From assembly GCA_041659045.1 (NCBI GenBank), contig JBAZZB010000003.1:28212-92211 (forward strand): a DNA stretch of 64,000 bases, given 5' to 3'. The notes under the pieces were generated by a model. It did not search any database. It was not told the origin of the DNA and saw nothing but the letters and a program-made list of their open reading frames with translations. A program made the translations under genes and the position numbers. Source of the stretch: Patescibacteria group bacterium (GTDB lineage Bacteria; Patescibacteriota; Patescibacteriia; SG8-24; DYFX01). This document shows positions 36,601 to 44,976 of the stretch, piece by piece (the first letter of the stretch is position 1; each line of letters opens with the position of its first letter).

Positions 36601-39600
36601 GGAGCCGTTGCCGCAAGCCGAGAGTCCAGGGGTGGAACCGACGAGCAAACAGGACGTCGTGCAACCAGCCGCTGCGGTACCATTCGCGGCACCCGCATCG
36701 CACTCTTCTCCGCGATCTGCCTGTACCGTGCTGTCACCGCAACCGTTCGTGAGCGTATTGCCTGTCGACAAGCAGTTCGCATTGCAACCATTCAGCCCGG
36801 GCGTATCACACGCTTCGCCACGTTCAAGCGTGCCGTTGCCGCATGAAGGCGTTCCTGCTGGCTGACTTCCTGTCATGAGACAGTTGGTCGAACAGCCAGC
36901 CGGAAGAATCGGATTGGTGTTGAGAAGCGTACCCGGCGGCACGTCAGGCAAAAGACGAATCGAAACAGGTGAAGCCGGGTTCTGTGCCTTGCTCCATGCC
37001 CAGTTATAGGAAGACGCGTTGAGCATCTGGCCGTTTGCGGCACAGGTGTCAGGAGAGCTCAGTGGCATGGCTGTGATCGGCGATACTTCACCGATGTAGC
37101 GCAGCGTCGTCTGTTGCGGAGCCAGGGTCACGCTTTGCGGACCGCACGGATCGCCGCTTAGGCGCGTGCGGAAAATCCAGCTGAAAGCATTCCCAGAATA
37201 GTTCAGACCCGTGAGAGGCGCTTGGCTCGTACTCTGTGCAGTGCCGAGAATAACGGCGCGGTACCAGGTGTTCGGCGCGAGCGCGACGTTGCCGAACGAC
37301 AAGAGTCTCGCCGGCGCGTTGTAGTTCGGCGCGAGCGGTACTTCACCCTCGAACGTCAGACACGACTCGTTGCGGCAGCGATACAAGCGCACATTCGAAA
37401 GAATGCTGCTGGGACCGCTTTCAGCCATCGGCGTGTTGAAGTAGGCGAAACCGACCGTGTTGACGCAGGCTTCGTTGCAGTCGTGCGGGCCATACTCAAC
37501 AACGCGCGGGTTGGCGTAATCAACCGTCAGCAAACCGGAGTCTGCAAAACCATCGACCGTCGAACGGATTTGGATCGGCGGACCTGGGTCGGTTTCGGAA
37601 ACCGGCGTCGCGACCGCTTCGCACTGGCGCGAACCGCCAAGCGAAACAATCGTCGCTTTACCCGGATCGGTCGAAGCCCAGTTCACGGTGCGACCAGCGC
37701 AGGAAAGAATGATGCAGCGGCTCGATAGCGGGAACGCTTGATAATCCTTGGTTTCGTCGGCAGCGGCAATCAGCGCGCTCGTCGGTTGCACGTCGACACC
37801 GGAAATCACGCAAGGACCAGCCCCTGTTTTGAAGGACGTAACATAGGCGCCACCTGCGCGACCATCGAAGTTGCCGTCGAGCACCTGTGCTCCCCTCTCG
37901 GCTGTACCGAGGCTGCGTACCTGGTCTCGGATCGTCAGCCGATACCACGTGTTCGGCGCGAGTCCGTTTACCGGCAACACGAGTTGCGAGCGGCCGTCGG
38001 TGTCGTAATCGAGAAGACTCGGCGCTCCAGCACCCGCGACAGCAGAACACGTTGTTGAGATCGTTGCTCCCGTGCCACAAGCTTCAAAGACGACGTTCGC
38101 GGCGTTGAACGTGGCAGGATCCATCGGCAAGCTGAAACGTGCCGTCATGGTTCCCATGTCGGTACAGACGTCGGTCATGCCCTTGAAGGGGTTCGGGCTC
38201 GGCATAGCCGAAGGAGCCGTGGCTTGGCACGTCGCGTTCTCCATGACGATCGGGAACACCGGAATCGGTCCGGTCGAGAACTGCCATGCAAAACCACCAG
38301 CAGCGGCCGCAGCACCGCACGACGCGCGGCAAGCACCATCATCGCAGCAGCTGCGTCCGCTACCGCACGAAGCATCGCCACCACTCTCGCGGCAATCACG
38401 AATCTGGAAATTTACACCATTGGATTCAGCCGGTGTCGCACCAACAAACGTGCGCACACGCACCGGACCCGTCGTCGCGCCATCGGGAACCGACGCAGCA
38501 ATCGAAGACGACTGCCACTGGCCGATTGAAGAGGCGTTGATGTTGTCGTTGAAACGAACAGCGTCAGGATGCGCGGTGATGAAGGCCGGAAGATCGGCGC
38601 CGGAAATCGTGCCGAAACCGTCGCCGTAGAGCGTCACCGCGGTGCCGATCGGGCCGTTGTCGGGATCGACGCGGCAGAGGCCAGGCGTGAGCGGATCGGT
38701 ATTGATCGTAAACGGAATTGCGTTTGATACGCGACCGTCGGAACGCACAACCGTGACGTTGTACGCACCAAGCGCGACCGCCGTGTCAGCCGGCGTCGTG
38801 AAACGCGCAGGAACTTTGACGGTGACGCTGGCGTTCGTCCAATAGCCCGCCGCGCATTGCGCCGGGAAACTGATATCACCGACCGCTTCGCCCGCAGCAT
38901 TCCTGAAACGCACCGTGCCGCCGGAACCAAAGTTCGAACCGAAGAGCGACACGTACGTGCCAACCGATCCGTCTTCTGGCGTGATGAATTCGACGCGCGG
39001 TTCGGTTCCCGCTTCAGGAGGTTCGACGCGAAGACATGCTGTGTTCGAGGGCTGTCCCGCAACCGTTACGCGCAACAAGAAATTCGAACCATCAAAATCT
39101 GTTTCAACGTTCGGAATTGTCGGCGAGAAGGACGTTTCACTCCACGGAGACACCTGGGAAGCTTCCGCAGCCGTCGTCCAATCTTGAATTTGAGAACAAT
39201 CGGCACCGGCGCGCGTAATTTGCACGCGTGAATCACCCTGTGCCGCGCCAAAGGCGAGACCGGTCACAACGACCGTATTCCCCGTTTTCACCGAAGCCGG
39301 AGCGACCGAACAAATACCCGGACGTGCGACGTCGTTCACCTGGAAATCGGTGATGATCGGTCCGTAGGCATCGTTCGTCGCGTCTTGGCGTCCTCCGGAA
39401 GCAGCGACGCGAATCGGTCCCGTAACCGCGCCTTGCGGCACGAGTACGACAATACGATTGTCACTCCAAGCGTTTGCGCATTGTGCGACGGTCGCCACTT
39501 GATCATCCCCTGCCGCCGCCGTACCCAAGAACGTCACGGTACCCGCCGTCGATCCGAAACGATCACCCGTGATCGTCACGAGGTTACCGGGACGACCGTC

Positions 39601-40923
39601 GCGAAGTTGCACGTCGGTGATCTGCGGATTCTCGACGCACTGGCCGTTCTGGCAGAGACCGGAAGAGCATTGGCTGTTGTCGGTGCAGCTGCCGCCGGTG
39701 CAGGCACCGCATGAACCACCGCAATCGACCGCGACTTCGTCTCCATCGCGTACATTGTTGAAACAGAATTGCGGGCGCACCGTCACACGCACCGCGCTCG
39801 AACGCGCTTCGTCGCCGTCGATGTTGACCGCGCGAGCCGAGAGAGAAACCGTTCTGACCGGTGCTAGGCCTGTGGTGTCCCACACCGACTGGCTCGAATA
39901 CGTTGAAGGCGCGATGTTTTGAACGTTGCCGTCCGCCGTGAAGAAAGCGCCATCCGCCGAATATTCAACCGTCGCGATACCGCTTTCGTCGGTAGCGATC
40001 GCTTGGATCGGCACGAGGTCGCCGGCCGGAACGGACTGGCCGTCGGTCGGGCTGGAAATCGTAATCGTCGGCGGTTCCGTCATGACGGTTTCGCCGGTTC
40101 TGAAACTCCGCGAGCACATCGCGCCGAGGCCACAGCTCACCGTGCGCGGATCAGACGTCGAAGCATTGCGGAGTCCCGCGCGCACCGTGATCTGGTAGTC
40201 GGTGTTTTGTTCGAGACAGCGGCGATCAGCGTTCGGTGCCGGGCACGGCGTTACCGGACGCAAACGAATCGTAAAATTTTCAACAACGGGTTCGTAGTCG
40301 ACGCTCGTGCGCGTTGTGCCTTCAACCTTCTCAAGAAGAATGTTGGCGCGAATGTTGGTCGCGTCATCGGTCGGCGCGGCGCTGAAGGTCACGGCCGCCG
40401 TGACGTCGTATTTCGGAAGCGAGCCGCTCGGCTGAATCGCCGTCGGTCGGAAAGCACCACCGGAACCGCCACCAAAACCGCCTCCCCCGCCTCCGCCGCC
40501 GCCAGGACCGCCACCGCCAGGGCCACCCGTCGTCGCACTGATCAGCGAACTCAGAACGTAGGAAACGATCGCGAAGGCCGACATGATAATGACGAGTCCG
40601 ATCACCGCGCCCGAGAGCGTTTTCTTCGCGCGCGTGATTTTGGTCTCATCCCCCGCCGCCGTCATCCAAGTGAAACCCGCGTACAAAACAAGAAGCAGTG
40701 CGATCGTGCCGAGAAGGCCGAGCCCTACGCGAATGATGCGAGCGATCGTGATGCGAATGTCGGTCGTGCCGGTTCCAAGCTCCGCGCCAATTTGGCCCGG
40801 AAGAATCTCGTTCGAGGTCACGCCCTGCGCGTTTACCACGCCATGAGACGCAAACCACAAGCACGGCGCGAGAAGCGCCAGGCTGATGATCCATGATCGA
40901 TGACGTCGGAAGAACGCGCGCAT
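30661..40923 (-). CDS. giant (3420 aa) surface protein: VirB2/TrbC pilin-like N-terminus, Ig-like/IPT domains, Cys-rich CGNG repeats
   Basis: Signal peptide, pilin-like hairpin (IARIIR...YAGFTWMTAAG...AKKTL..AVIGLVII), Gly linker, IPT/TIG (VTITGDRFG, VTLYGDGFG), Big_5-like domains, many CG[ND]G..E..E.CD repeats, YfaP-like C-terminus (FKISWP..VDLYV..WDVTGG..PE). Confidence 0.9.
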   Translation of the reverse strand: MRAFFRRHRSWIISLALLAPCLWFASHGVVNAQGVTSNEILPGQIGAELGTGTTDIRITIARIIRVGLGLLGTIALLLVLYAGFTWMTAAGDETKITRAKKTLSGAVIGLVIIMSAFAIVSYVLSSLISATTGGPGGGGPGGGGGGGGGFGGGSGGAFRPTAIQPSGSLPKYDVTAAVTFSAAPTDDATNIRANILLEKVEGTTRTSVDYEPVVENFTIRLRPVTPCPAPNADRRCLEQNTDYQITVRAGLRNASTSDPRTVSCGLGAMCSRSFRTGETVMTEPPTITISSPTDGQSVPAGDLVPIQAIATDESGIATVEYSADGAFFTADGNVQNIAPSTYSSQSVWDTTGLAPVRTVSLSARAVNIDGDEARSSAVRVTVRPQFCFNNVRDGDEVAVDCGGSCGACTGGSCTDNSQCSSGLCQNGQCVENPQITDVQLRDGRPGNLVTITGDRFGSTAGTVTFLGTAAAGDDQVATVAQCANAWSDNRIVVLVPQGAVTGPIRVAASGGRQDATNDAYGPIITDFQVNDVARPGICSVAPASVKTGNTVVVTGLAFGAAQGDSRVQITRAGADCSQIQDWTTAAEASQVSPWSETSFSPTIPNVETDFDGSNFLLRVTVAGQPSNTACLRVEPPEAGTEPRVEFITPEDGSVGTYVSLFGSNFGSGGTVRFRNAAGEAVGDISFPAQCAAGYWTNASVTVKVPARFTTPADTAVALGAYNVTVVRSDGRVSNAIPFTINTDPLTPGLCRVDPDNGPIGTAVTLYGDGFGTISGADLPAFITAHPDAVRFNDNINASSIGQWQSSSIAASVPDGATTGPVRVRTFVGATPAESNGVNFQIRDCRESGGDASCGSGRSCCDDGACRASCGAAAAAGGFAWQFSTGPIPVFPIVMENATCQATAPSAMPSPNPFKGMTDVCTDMGTMTARFSLPMDPATFNAANVVFEACGTGATISTTCSAVAGAGAPSLLDYDTDGRSQLVLPVNGLAPNTWYRLTIRDQVRSLGTAERGAQVLDGNFDGRAGGAYVTSFKTGAGPCVISGVDVQPTSALIAAADETKDYQAFPLSSRCIILSCAGRTVNWASTDPGKATIVSLGGSRQCEAVATPVSETDPGPPIQIRSTVDGFADSGLLTVDYANPRVVEYGPHDCNEACVNTVGFAYFNTPMAESGPSSILSNVRLYRCRNESCLTFEGEVPLAPNYNAPARLLSFGNVALAPNTWYRAVILGTAQSTSQAPLTGLNYSGNAFSWIFRTRLSGDPCGPQSVTLAPQQTTLRYIGEVSPITAMPLSSPDTCAANGQMLNASSYNWAWSKAQNPASPVSIRLLPDVPPGTLLNTNPILPAGCSTNCLMTGSQPAGTPSCGNGTLERGEACDTPGLNGCNANCLSTGNTLTNGCGDSTVQADRGEECDAGAANGTAAAGCTTSCLLVGSTPGLSACGNGSTGVGEACDDGNTQDGDGCSSRCVLEGSRQNVYVCGNGLLETPGEQCDYILGAGGLATQLLIAGRPPAALGATDERNPTRPNFACGQSCLLRGNPVTCTAGTNCCGNGVIEPAKGENCDAAAKNGDASSGCSTRCTRTGSDPELRAYCGDTVISMQPADPLTNAQNGGGEECEALALDANIDPMQVIEARNQCDARNNCSASVTAAIGTVSGQGSVNVECSCRADSDCSAFGPNLSCGAGACCFPRPDAPDINPKGGNECRNVQISVEFGEEMNTGSLQGGLVVESCPSHAFNEKGPRSWFARAASSVGRFFRSLVGMEASASHICAPIEGAFTHVNVTAPDASVRTISTFAPKQMLSPNRLYRVTARGGATGVKTIKGVGYPEGANTVQDFTTGSDVCRFDVVQTSPATELIQDSAIPLTITATAMTDRGGRLEAISPVPGVYDWSWSWANIPESATVGPILDMTAVAGAPSTIVQAKKGLNGQEQVAATARITTDTALTPTTAGQDKVGKSTITVMLCQMPWPRRDVSTGAWAPYVDPQTHFEFYYCRDNAGAALPELMSAPTQGQSVGGSGLLRFCAATTDFSQSRACTTNADCNAGDTCRSKDLLYRFQSEWKVSDAIGVRVYENSDRLTPQEWYVAQRFSGKTQSATVDGYMAIKDERTVYIGAADKYGDPDLRSYIYVFAFNDHADPRTAEIFNRLVSNINFNTNLVPSDRVTNVCKNAAGELLHLTAENTAPITCSSNLDCDRALPNGPAGMRCDADKDKIRRDMRRWQDMRVIEQSLETSREQTGFYPKLESGSFVRGFTTSKWPSWSQQLGGAGSVVDPINAFNRCEAFGSECSISRVACSVNSDCTGGAGDVCRATFEAETCYNDKIGIFACPANSHVYQYRAIGGIDYRMAVDFEYVTYQWLGTSCSSKPSAFACDAALGCSWVPSGPTTGSCQTRITISPVCSGQPSTAPRACLATGASCTSSSQCAPQDACMPVGVPLVGPAAGGACGNGLLEGTEECEVGMTRNVACASGGQDFETCNAACTWQVQTACPGAAACGNGSLESFAGESCDDGAQNGQYGRCRSGSLGCVKRCVNIAKRASFDGNCADGSCDLGQACSTNSDCSGLPYPSVCTDRMNFCGDGVKNGSEVCDDGARNGEYGFCAWDCRGPGPRCGDGSTNGGEQCDANQTSTQGVCVPTGFSLVDTNTAPRDFASCARTSDCATGETCSLCAATTGGLPQTRTKSCKAATEPVGDACTFNDWSICRPSGACGNGVVEGAEQCDAGAANSPNGTCLATCRLNVCNDGFVRTGVEQCDNGTANGVLCTPQYGSVCNYCKNDCSIETISGAFCGDRTISAPPETCDPGPVTAWCSRTYQNPSDTSGVKGCTTNNDCLPGVCRNYPGASTSTSAAPASSTFARSDVEIPMFGPLGEAARRFAGSIVTFATCGPGECNAGVPGDTTPPAIGAITTAPTSPTTNDSVVITVSDVTDAAALVDNIDIYLTTAAVQVLRTTCRFNPRLATAACSVNVGQLSAGIHTITINAFDGNGNMSARTQNLVVTTATTPPDRADTGFDGTGLELDPGTYAPYTGTGTAAPEGAPCRAAGDCAAGQYCQGGEGQCIAYNTQCQPEPYTNTQAAATARKCKVNGRLCTSDAECGANGPCVAYRLDGSCNYCSNACFGTNAKSAAFCGDGVKQGLFGEQCDGQGDPEARGQGTTYVCRNDCVYDPNGGYCGDNTIQSTYGEVCDTNRFAGGAAPSCASQGAGTAGQVLCSRGCGLYTGGCDNGTLLPGDFRFKISWPTPHTAANEVDLYVKAVYSSGPLAGQTRYFGWKDGSPDTRYVGNGNFSTDHIQLFWDVTGGTHATDPEIMVLSTQSLPQGTYHVFANGGSCFVDGNYGLAPLFDRNTGWWKGASSTIKGNSIFTIEAGSAASVSGITTGTTRTLTSVSDISGNPCMWYIGRIDKTASSTEGRFTLKNKYVNRADGPNAND

Positions 40924-40926
40924 AGG

Positions 40927-42708
40927 TTATGGGAGGAAGCCGCAAGCGACCTGTGAAGGCACGCCATTGCAGCAATACGGTTCAGTTCCGGTACAGACCG
41001 TCTGGCCGCCGCCTGGGTAGAAGCAGTTCTGGCGCAAATCGCGCAGGCCGGAGGTGAGGTTGATGGCGTACGGCTGGTTGATCGACAGAAGATCGTGATC
41101 AATGATGCCTTTCGTTTGATCTGGATCACCACCAACGACGGAAGAAATCGCTTCGGTCTCGATCGAGTAGTTCGTCGGGGCACCATTCGCTCCCGGCACG
41201 AGCCTGGCATTATCCGTCGTGAAGCTCGTCGAGCTCATGAGTTTCGAGAACGTCACCGCCATCGCGAGATCGCGCGCGATGTTGCCCTGCAGCACCGCCG
41301 GTTCCTGAGAGACAACTTTCGGCGGCACGAGATCGATCTCGTTGGACGTGCGGAAGTCAGACGTGTAGTCGTCATCGGGAGAACCTTGCGCCGTACCGTT
41401 GCCGTTACCATCGAGCGCGTTACCCGCCATGTCGGTGATGCCGTTGGGAGGATAGATGCCGAGCGGCGGAGTCGATGTCAGCGCGTCGGTGCGCACGCGT
41501 ACGTTGATTTGTTGGTTGCCTGGGAGGCAGAACACTTCTTCGCCGCAAGAGTTCGTGCCGCAAGCTTCGTTGGTGTGGAATTCGACGGTGCGATAGGCGT
41601 TACCGATCTGCTGCACGCCCGGAACGACGTTGCCGCCCGTGCGCGTGATCGAGAGGCCGGAGGTCACACTGACCGGATCAACCGCTTCATCGAACGTCAC
41701 CTGGACCAGCGAGTTGCGCGGCACGCCACTCGCGCCGTCGTTCGGGATGACGTAGGAAACTTTCGGCGGCGTAAGGTCGAGCACTGTTGAAACCTGGAAC
41801 TCCCAGAGATACCCGGAGTTGAAAGTGCCCGTGAAAGCCGGAGCGCCTCCTTCGCGGCGCACGCCGTCCGTACCACCGCGGAGACCGATCGTATAGAAGA
41901 CGTTTTCTGATGGGCTGCCGAAGCAGTTCGTCGGACAATTGCGCTGCACAAACGTCACGCTGCGACCATCAGCGGAAACAGCGACGTCGATATCGGCAGA
42001 CGTCAGGCTCTGTGAGAATTTTTGCGCGAATTGGTTCGACGAAGTAACGTCAGCGGATTTTGAAATCGCGACCGTTGCGTTCGCGCCACCAACGACGATC
42101 GAAGCAGGGTCGATGCGTTGCTTGAATGTGACGACGACACGCGTGTTGCGCGCGACACCTGTCGCGTTGCGATTCGGATAATGGCTCTCAATAATACCGT
42201 TACCGAGCGCGCCAGCCGGGCAGGTTGCCGAAAGGCCGATGCACGCACGATCGTCCGGCGCGCTGGAGCCGCTGCCCGGGCCTCCCCCGCCGGGGCCGCC
42301 GCCTTCAGCGAGCAAACGACTGATGACAAACGAGGTGATCGCAAAAGCAGACAACATGATGACCAACCCGATGACGGCGGACGTCAGGATTTTCTTGGCG
42401 CGATCGACCTTCTCGGGTTCGCCGGCGGCTGTCATCCAAATGAAGCCGGCGTACAAAATAAGGAGAAGCGCGATCGTGCCGAGGAAACCGAAGAATGCGC
42501 GAATAATACGGGCAATCGTCACGCGAATGTCGCCCGTGCCTGTTCCAATAACGTTTCCAAGTTCCGTCGGCAACACTTCATTGGCCGTCACCTGCGCTTG
42601 CGCCAGATGTGCAAAAGCGAAGGACGCAAAAACCACCAACACGAAACTGGCGACCGTGAAGGTGGCTTTAACGAGTACTTGGGAGAGTGACTTCCTTCCT
42701 GAGAGCAT
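40927..42708 (-). CDS. VirB2/TrbC pilin-like fusion protein with SbsA-type Ig-like (Big_5) domains
   Basis: Signal peptide AQA, pilin-like domain paralogous to the giant protein, Gly linker, three P...GV.RN..V.VTF domains, Cys-rich tail. Confidence 0.87.
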   Translation of the reverse strand: MLSGRKSLSQVLVKATFTVASFVLVVFASFAFAHLAQAQVTANEVLPTELGNVIGTGTGDIRVTIARIIRAFFGFLGTIALLLILYAGFIWMTAAGEPEKVDRAKKILTSAVIGLVIMLSAFAITSFVISRLLAEGGGPGGGGPGSGSSAPDDRACIGLSATCPAGALGNGIIESHYPNRNATGVARNTRVVVTFKQRIDPASIVVGGANATVAISKSADVTSSNQFAQKFSQSLTSADIDVAVSADGRSVTFVQRNCPTNCFGSPSENVFYTIGLRGGTDGVRREGGAPAFTGTFNSGYLWEFQVSTVLDLTPPKVSYVIPNDGASGVPRNSLVQVTFDEAVDPVSVTSGLSITRTGGNVVPGVQQIGNAYRTVEFHTNEACGTNSCGEEVFCLPGNQQINVRVRTDALTSTPPLGIYPPNGITDMAGNALDGNGNGTAQGSPDDDYTSDFRTSNEIDLVPPKVVSQEPAVLQGNIARDLAMAVTFSKLMSSTSFTTDNARLVPGANGAPTNYSIETEAISSVVGGDPDQTKGIIDHDLLSINQPYAINLTSGLRDLRQNCFYPGGGQTVCTGTEPYCCNGVPSQVACGFLP

Positions 42709-42736
42709 GGGACAGGAGGGTAGGTGATTCCCGGAA

Positions 42737-43192
42737 CTACGCTTTGTTTTGCAAGAACTCTTTGACCGCTTTGCCGACCGAGTTGCCGTCGGCTTTTCCT
42801 TTCAGTTCCTTCATGACCTCACCCATGAGGCGTCCGTAGGCAGCTTCTCCGGAGAGTCCGAGTTCAGCGGCTTTTTTGGCCACAGCGGCTTGGACTTCTT
42901 CTTCGGAGCACTGCGCGGGAAGGAACGTCGTGAGAAGCGCGAGTTCGACTTTCGTCGACTCGGCGAGATCCTGACGATCCGCTTTCTCGAAGTCCGAGAG
43001 CGCATCGCGCAGTTTTTTGACCTCGCGTCCGATGACCTCGAGAGCTTCTTCGTCGTTCAACTCTTTGGTTTGCTTGTCGATTTCGACGTTTTTCATCGCC
43101 GCACGGAGCATGCGGAAGGTCGAGACCGCCGAAGCGTCCTTGGCCTTCATTGCTTCCATGAACCGTTTTTCGATGTCGCTTCGGAGGGACAT
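42737..43192 (-). CDS. yqeY: GatB/YqeY domain protein
   Basis: EAMKAKD, LPAQ.SEEE, GRLMG.VM..LKGKADG; follows rpsU. Confidence 0.93.
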   Translation of the reverse strand: MSLRSDIEKRFMEAMKAKDASAVSTFRMLRAAMKNVEIDKQTKELNDEEALEVIGREVKKLRDALSDFEKADRQDLAESTKVELALLTTFLPAQCSEEEVQAAVAKKAAELGLSGEAAYGRLMGEVMKELKGKADGNSVGKAVKEFLQNKA

Positions 43193-43236
43193 GTGGGTTT
43201 CACTAGGACCGGGTTCCGGTTTCAGCCGGAGGCGGT

Positions 43237-43482
43237 TTAACGGCGGCGCTTTTGCTTCAGGTCTTCTTCCTTCAACTTGCCGCTTTTGAGCAGATACTCG
43301 CGACGAGAGGCCAGGAACTGGCGGCGGAGCGCGGCGTCGCGCTGGCCATTCTTGTTCTTTTCAGCCGTGTGAAAACGAGTTTTCTTGGCTTGCAGAACGC
43401 GGCCGGACTGCTGAATGCGGCGGCTGAAACGACGAAGCAGAGCTTCAAAGCTCTCTCCCTTTTTGCGTTTGACTTCAACCAC
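43237..43482 (-). CDS. rpsU: 30S ribosomal protein S21
   Basis: VEVKRKKGESFEALLRRF; SD AAGGAAGG; rpsU-yqeY order. Confidence 0.9.
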   Translation of the reverse strand: MVEVKRKKGESFEALLRRFSRRIQQSGRVLQAKKTRFHTAEKNKNGQRDAALRRQFLASRREYLLKSGKLKEEDLKQKRRR

Positions 43483-43514
43483 AACAATACACCTTCCTTT
43501 CTACTTAAAAATAG

Positions 43515-43529
43515 TGAGACCGGGTCTCA
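43515..43529. repeat. 15-bp perfect palindrome TGAGACC-G-GGTCTCA
   Basis: Direct inspection; lies upstream of rpsU at the edge of the AT-rich segment. Confidence 0.55.
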
Positions 43530-43606
43530 GATATAAGATAGCAAGACTGTCGAATAAGGTCAACTTTGGAAGAAACGGGGCTGTCACAGTCTTTTTAGGC
43601 CGATAT

Positions 43607-43936
43607 TTACGCTGTTCCCCCGCCATTACCCTCCCTGCCTCTCCACCCCAGCAAGTACAGCAAGAACAAGGCACAGAAGTAGAAAGTCGTAAAATCAATG
43701 ATGAGACCGAACCAAAGGAGCTCGGTGGGGTTCTCCCATGGAGACGAGAATCGATAGAGGTGGGGAACGGTAAAATCAATCGCGGTGATGTCCTGTCGAA
43801 CAAAGTTGACCGGAAAGCCTTTTCCGACAGACCTCATTTCCCCTCTGCTTTGCAGAGTTATTGGCAACAACAGCTGCAGAAGCATAATCGCCACAGCGGC
43901 TATTGTTGCGAGTAGGTTCTTTGGTTTCACAAACAC
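43607..43936 (-). CDS. small membrane protein
   Basis: Two hydrophobic segments flanking GFPVNFVRQD...SPWENPT; AT-rich codons; start uncertain. Confidence 0.6.
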   Translation of the reverse strand: MFVKPKNLLATIAAVAIMLLQLLLPITLQSRGEMRSVGKGFPVNFVRQDITAIDFTVPHLYRFSSPWENPTELLWFGLIIDFTTFYFCALFLLYLLGWRGREGNGGGTA

Positions 43937-44015
43937 GCAAAACGATAAACGGAAACAAACTCTTGATTCAGTACATGGTCAAAAGAACTTAACCAATGTT
44001 ACCTCTAGAGTCAAC

Positions 44016-44270
44016 CTATTTTTGTTCCTTTTTCAAGCCACTCATCAAGAGAAGACCTGAAACCAAGATCAACACCTCCTGTATCACAAGCACGTTCATT
44101 TTTCTGTTCTCTAAATGAGAGAAGTAATCAGGAGCTTCTTGAAAGTCATAACCATTAAGATTGTCCGAACGCCAGCTGTTGTACCAAACCTCATCGTGGC
44201 GAGAGAAGTTAAACCAAAGAGCAGTTACTGTGATAAACGCGATAGCAAACCTAACGTTAATCTTGCTCAT
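44016..44270 (-). CDS. small 2-TM membrane protein
   Basis: Two TM helices; TATAAC ends 6 nt before ATG; AT-rich. Confidence 0.6.
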   Translation of the reverse strand: MSKINVRFAIAFITVTALWFNFSRHDEVWYNSWRSDNLNGYDFQEAPDYFSHLENRKMNVLVIQEVLILVSGLLLMSGLKKEQK

Positions 44271-44288
44271 AGGAAAGTTATACACTTA

Positions 44289-44350
44289 GTATCCGTGCCT
44301 GACACCAGAGGGACAGCTTGTATCCGTGCCTGTCACCAGAGGGACAGCTT
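44289..44350 (+). repeat. two tandem copies of a 31-bp REP-like repeat
   Basis: GTATCCGTGCCTGACACCAGAGGGACAGCTT and GTATCCGTGCCTGTCACCAGAGGGACAGCTT (1 mismatch). Confidence 0.92.
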
Positions 44351-44378
44351 GGATAGCATATCACGTGGGCTTTCAGGA

Positions 44379-44933
44379 TCAGACGGGGCGCGTTCGTGTG
44401 ATGGACTGGTGATACGCCTCCTGCCGATCTTCATTCGTGCGCCCCAATGTCGCATAGAAAGGATCGATCGTGACGAGATTGTCGCGCTCTCCAAGCGCGT
44501 AGGTTTTGTAGCTCGAATGTTTCCATTCCTCCGGCGTGCGTACCAACGCGGCACGAACCGGGTTCATCTCAATGTAGTTCCCGCAGGCGAAAAGGTAGGC
44601 GTCGGAACCGATCGGCAGACTCTTGTATCTTCCCTGCCAGGTATGGCCAACCCGCTTGTAGAGCCGATGGTGGCGTTTGGAATAGGTGCCTTGGACCCAT
44701 TGCATGAATACCGATAGCTGTTCGGCTTTTCCGACCAGAAGATGTGCGTGGTTCGGCATGAGCACATAGTGGTAGATGGCTACGCCGAACATGCCTTTGG
44801 CGGCCAATAGGAGGTCGTAGTAGGCGTCGTAGTCATCCGCGTCATGAAAGACGCGCATGCGATTGTTGCCGCGTACGATCAAGTGGTACACACCTTCATC
44901 GGTCACGAGTCCTGAACGTGGAATCCGCGGCAT
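44379..44933 (-). mobile_element. REP-associated tyrosine transposase (RAYT, Y1 HUH family)
   Basis: YHLIVRGNNR, YVLMPNHAHLL (HUH), WQGRYKS, YIEMNPVRA, WKHSSY. Confidence 0.92.
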
Positions 44934-44976
44934 ATATCATGCCGCCTACAACAGATCTCTCTATTCACGCAAGTCT

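Noticed and set aside
44289-44350. Possible CRISPR array
   Set aside because: The two 31-bp units are directly adjacent with no spacer and there are no cas genes; REPs of the adjacent RAYT explain them better.
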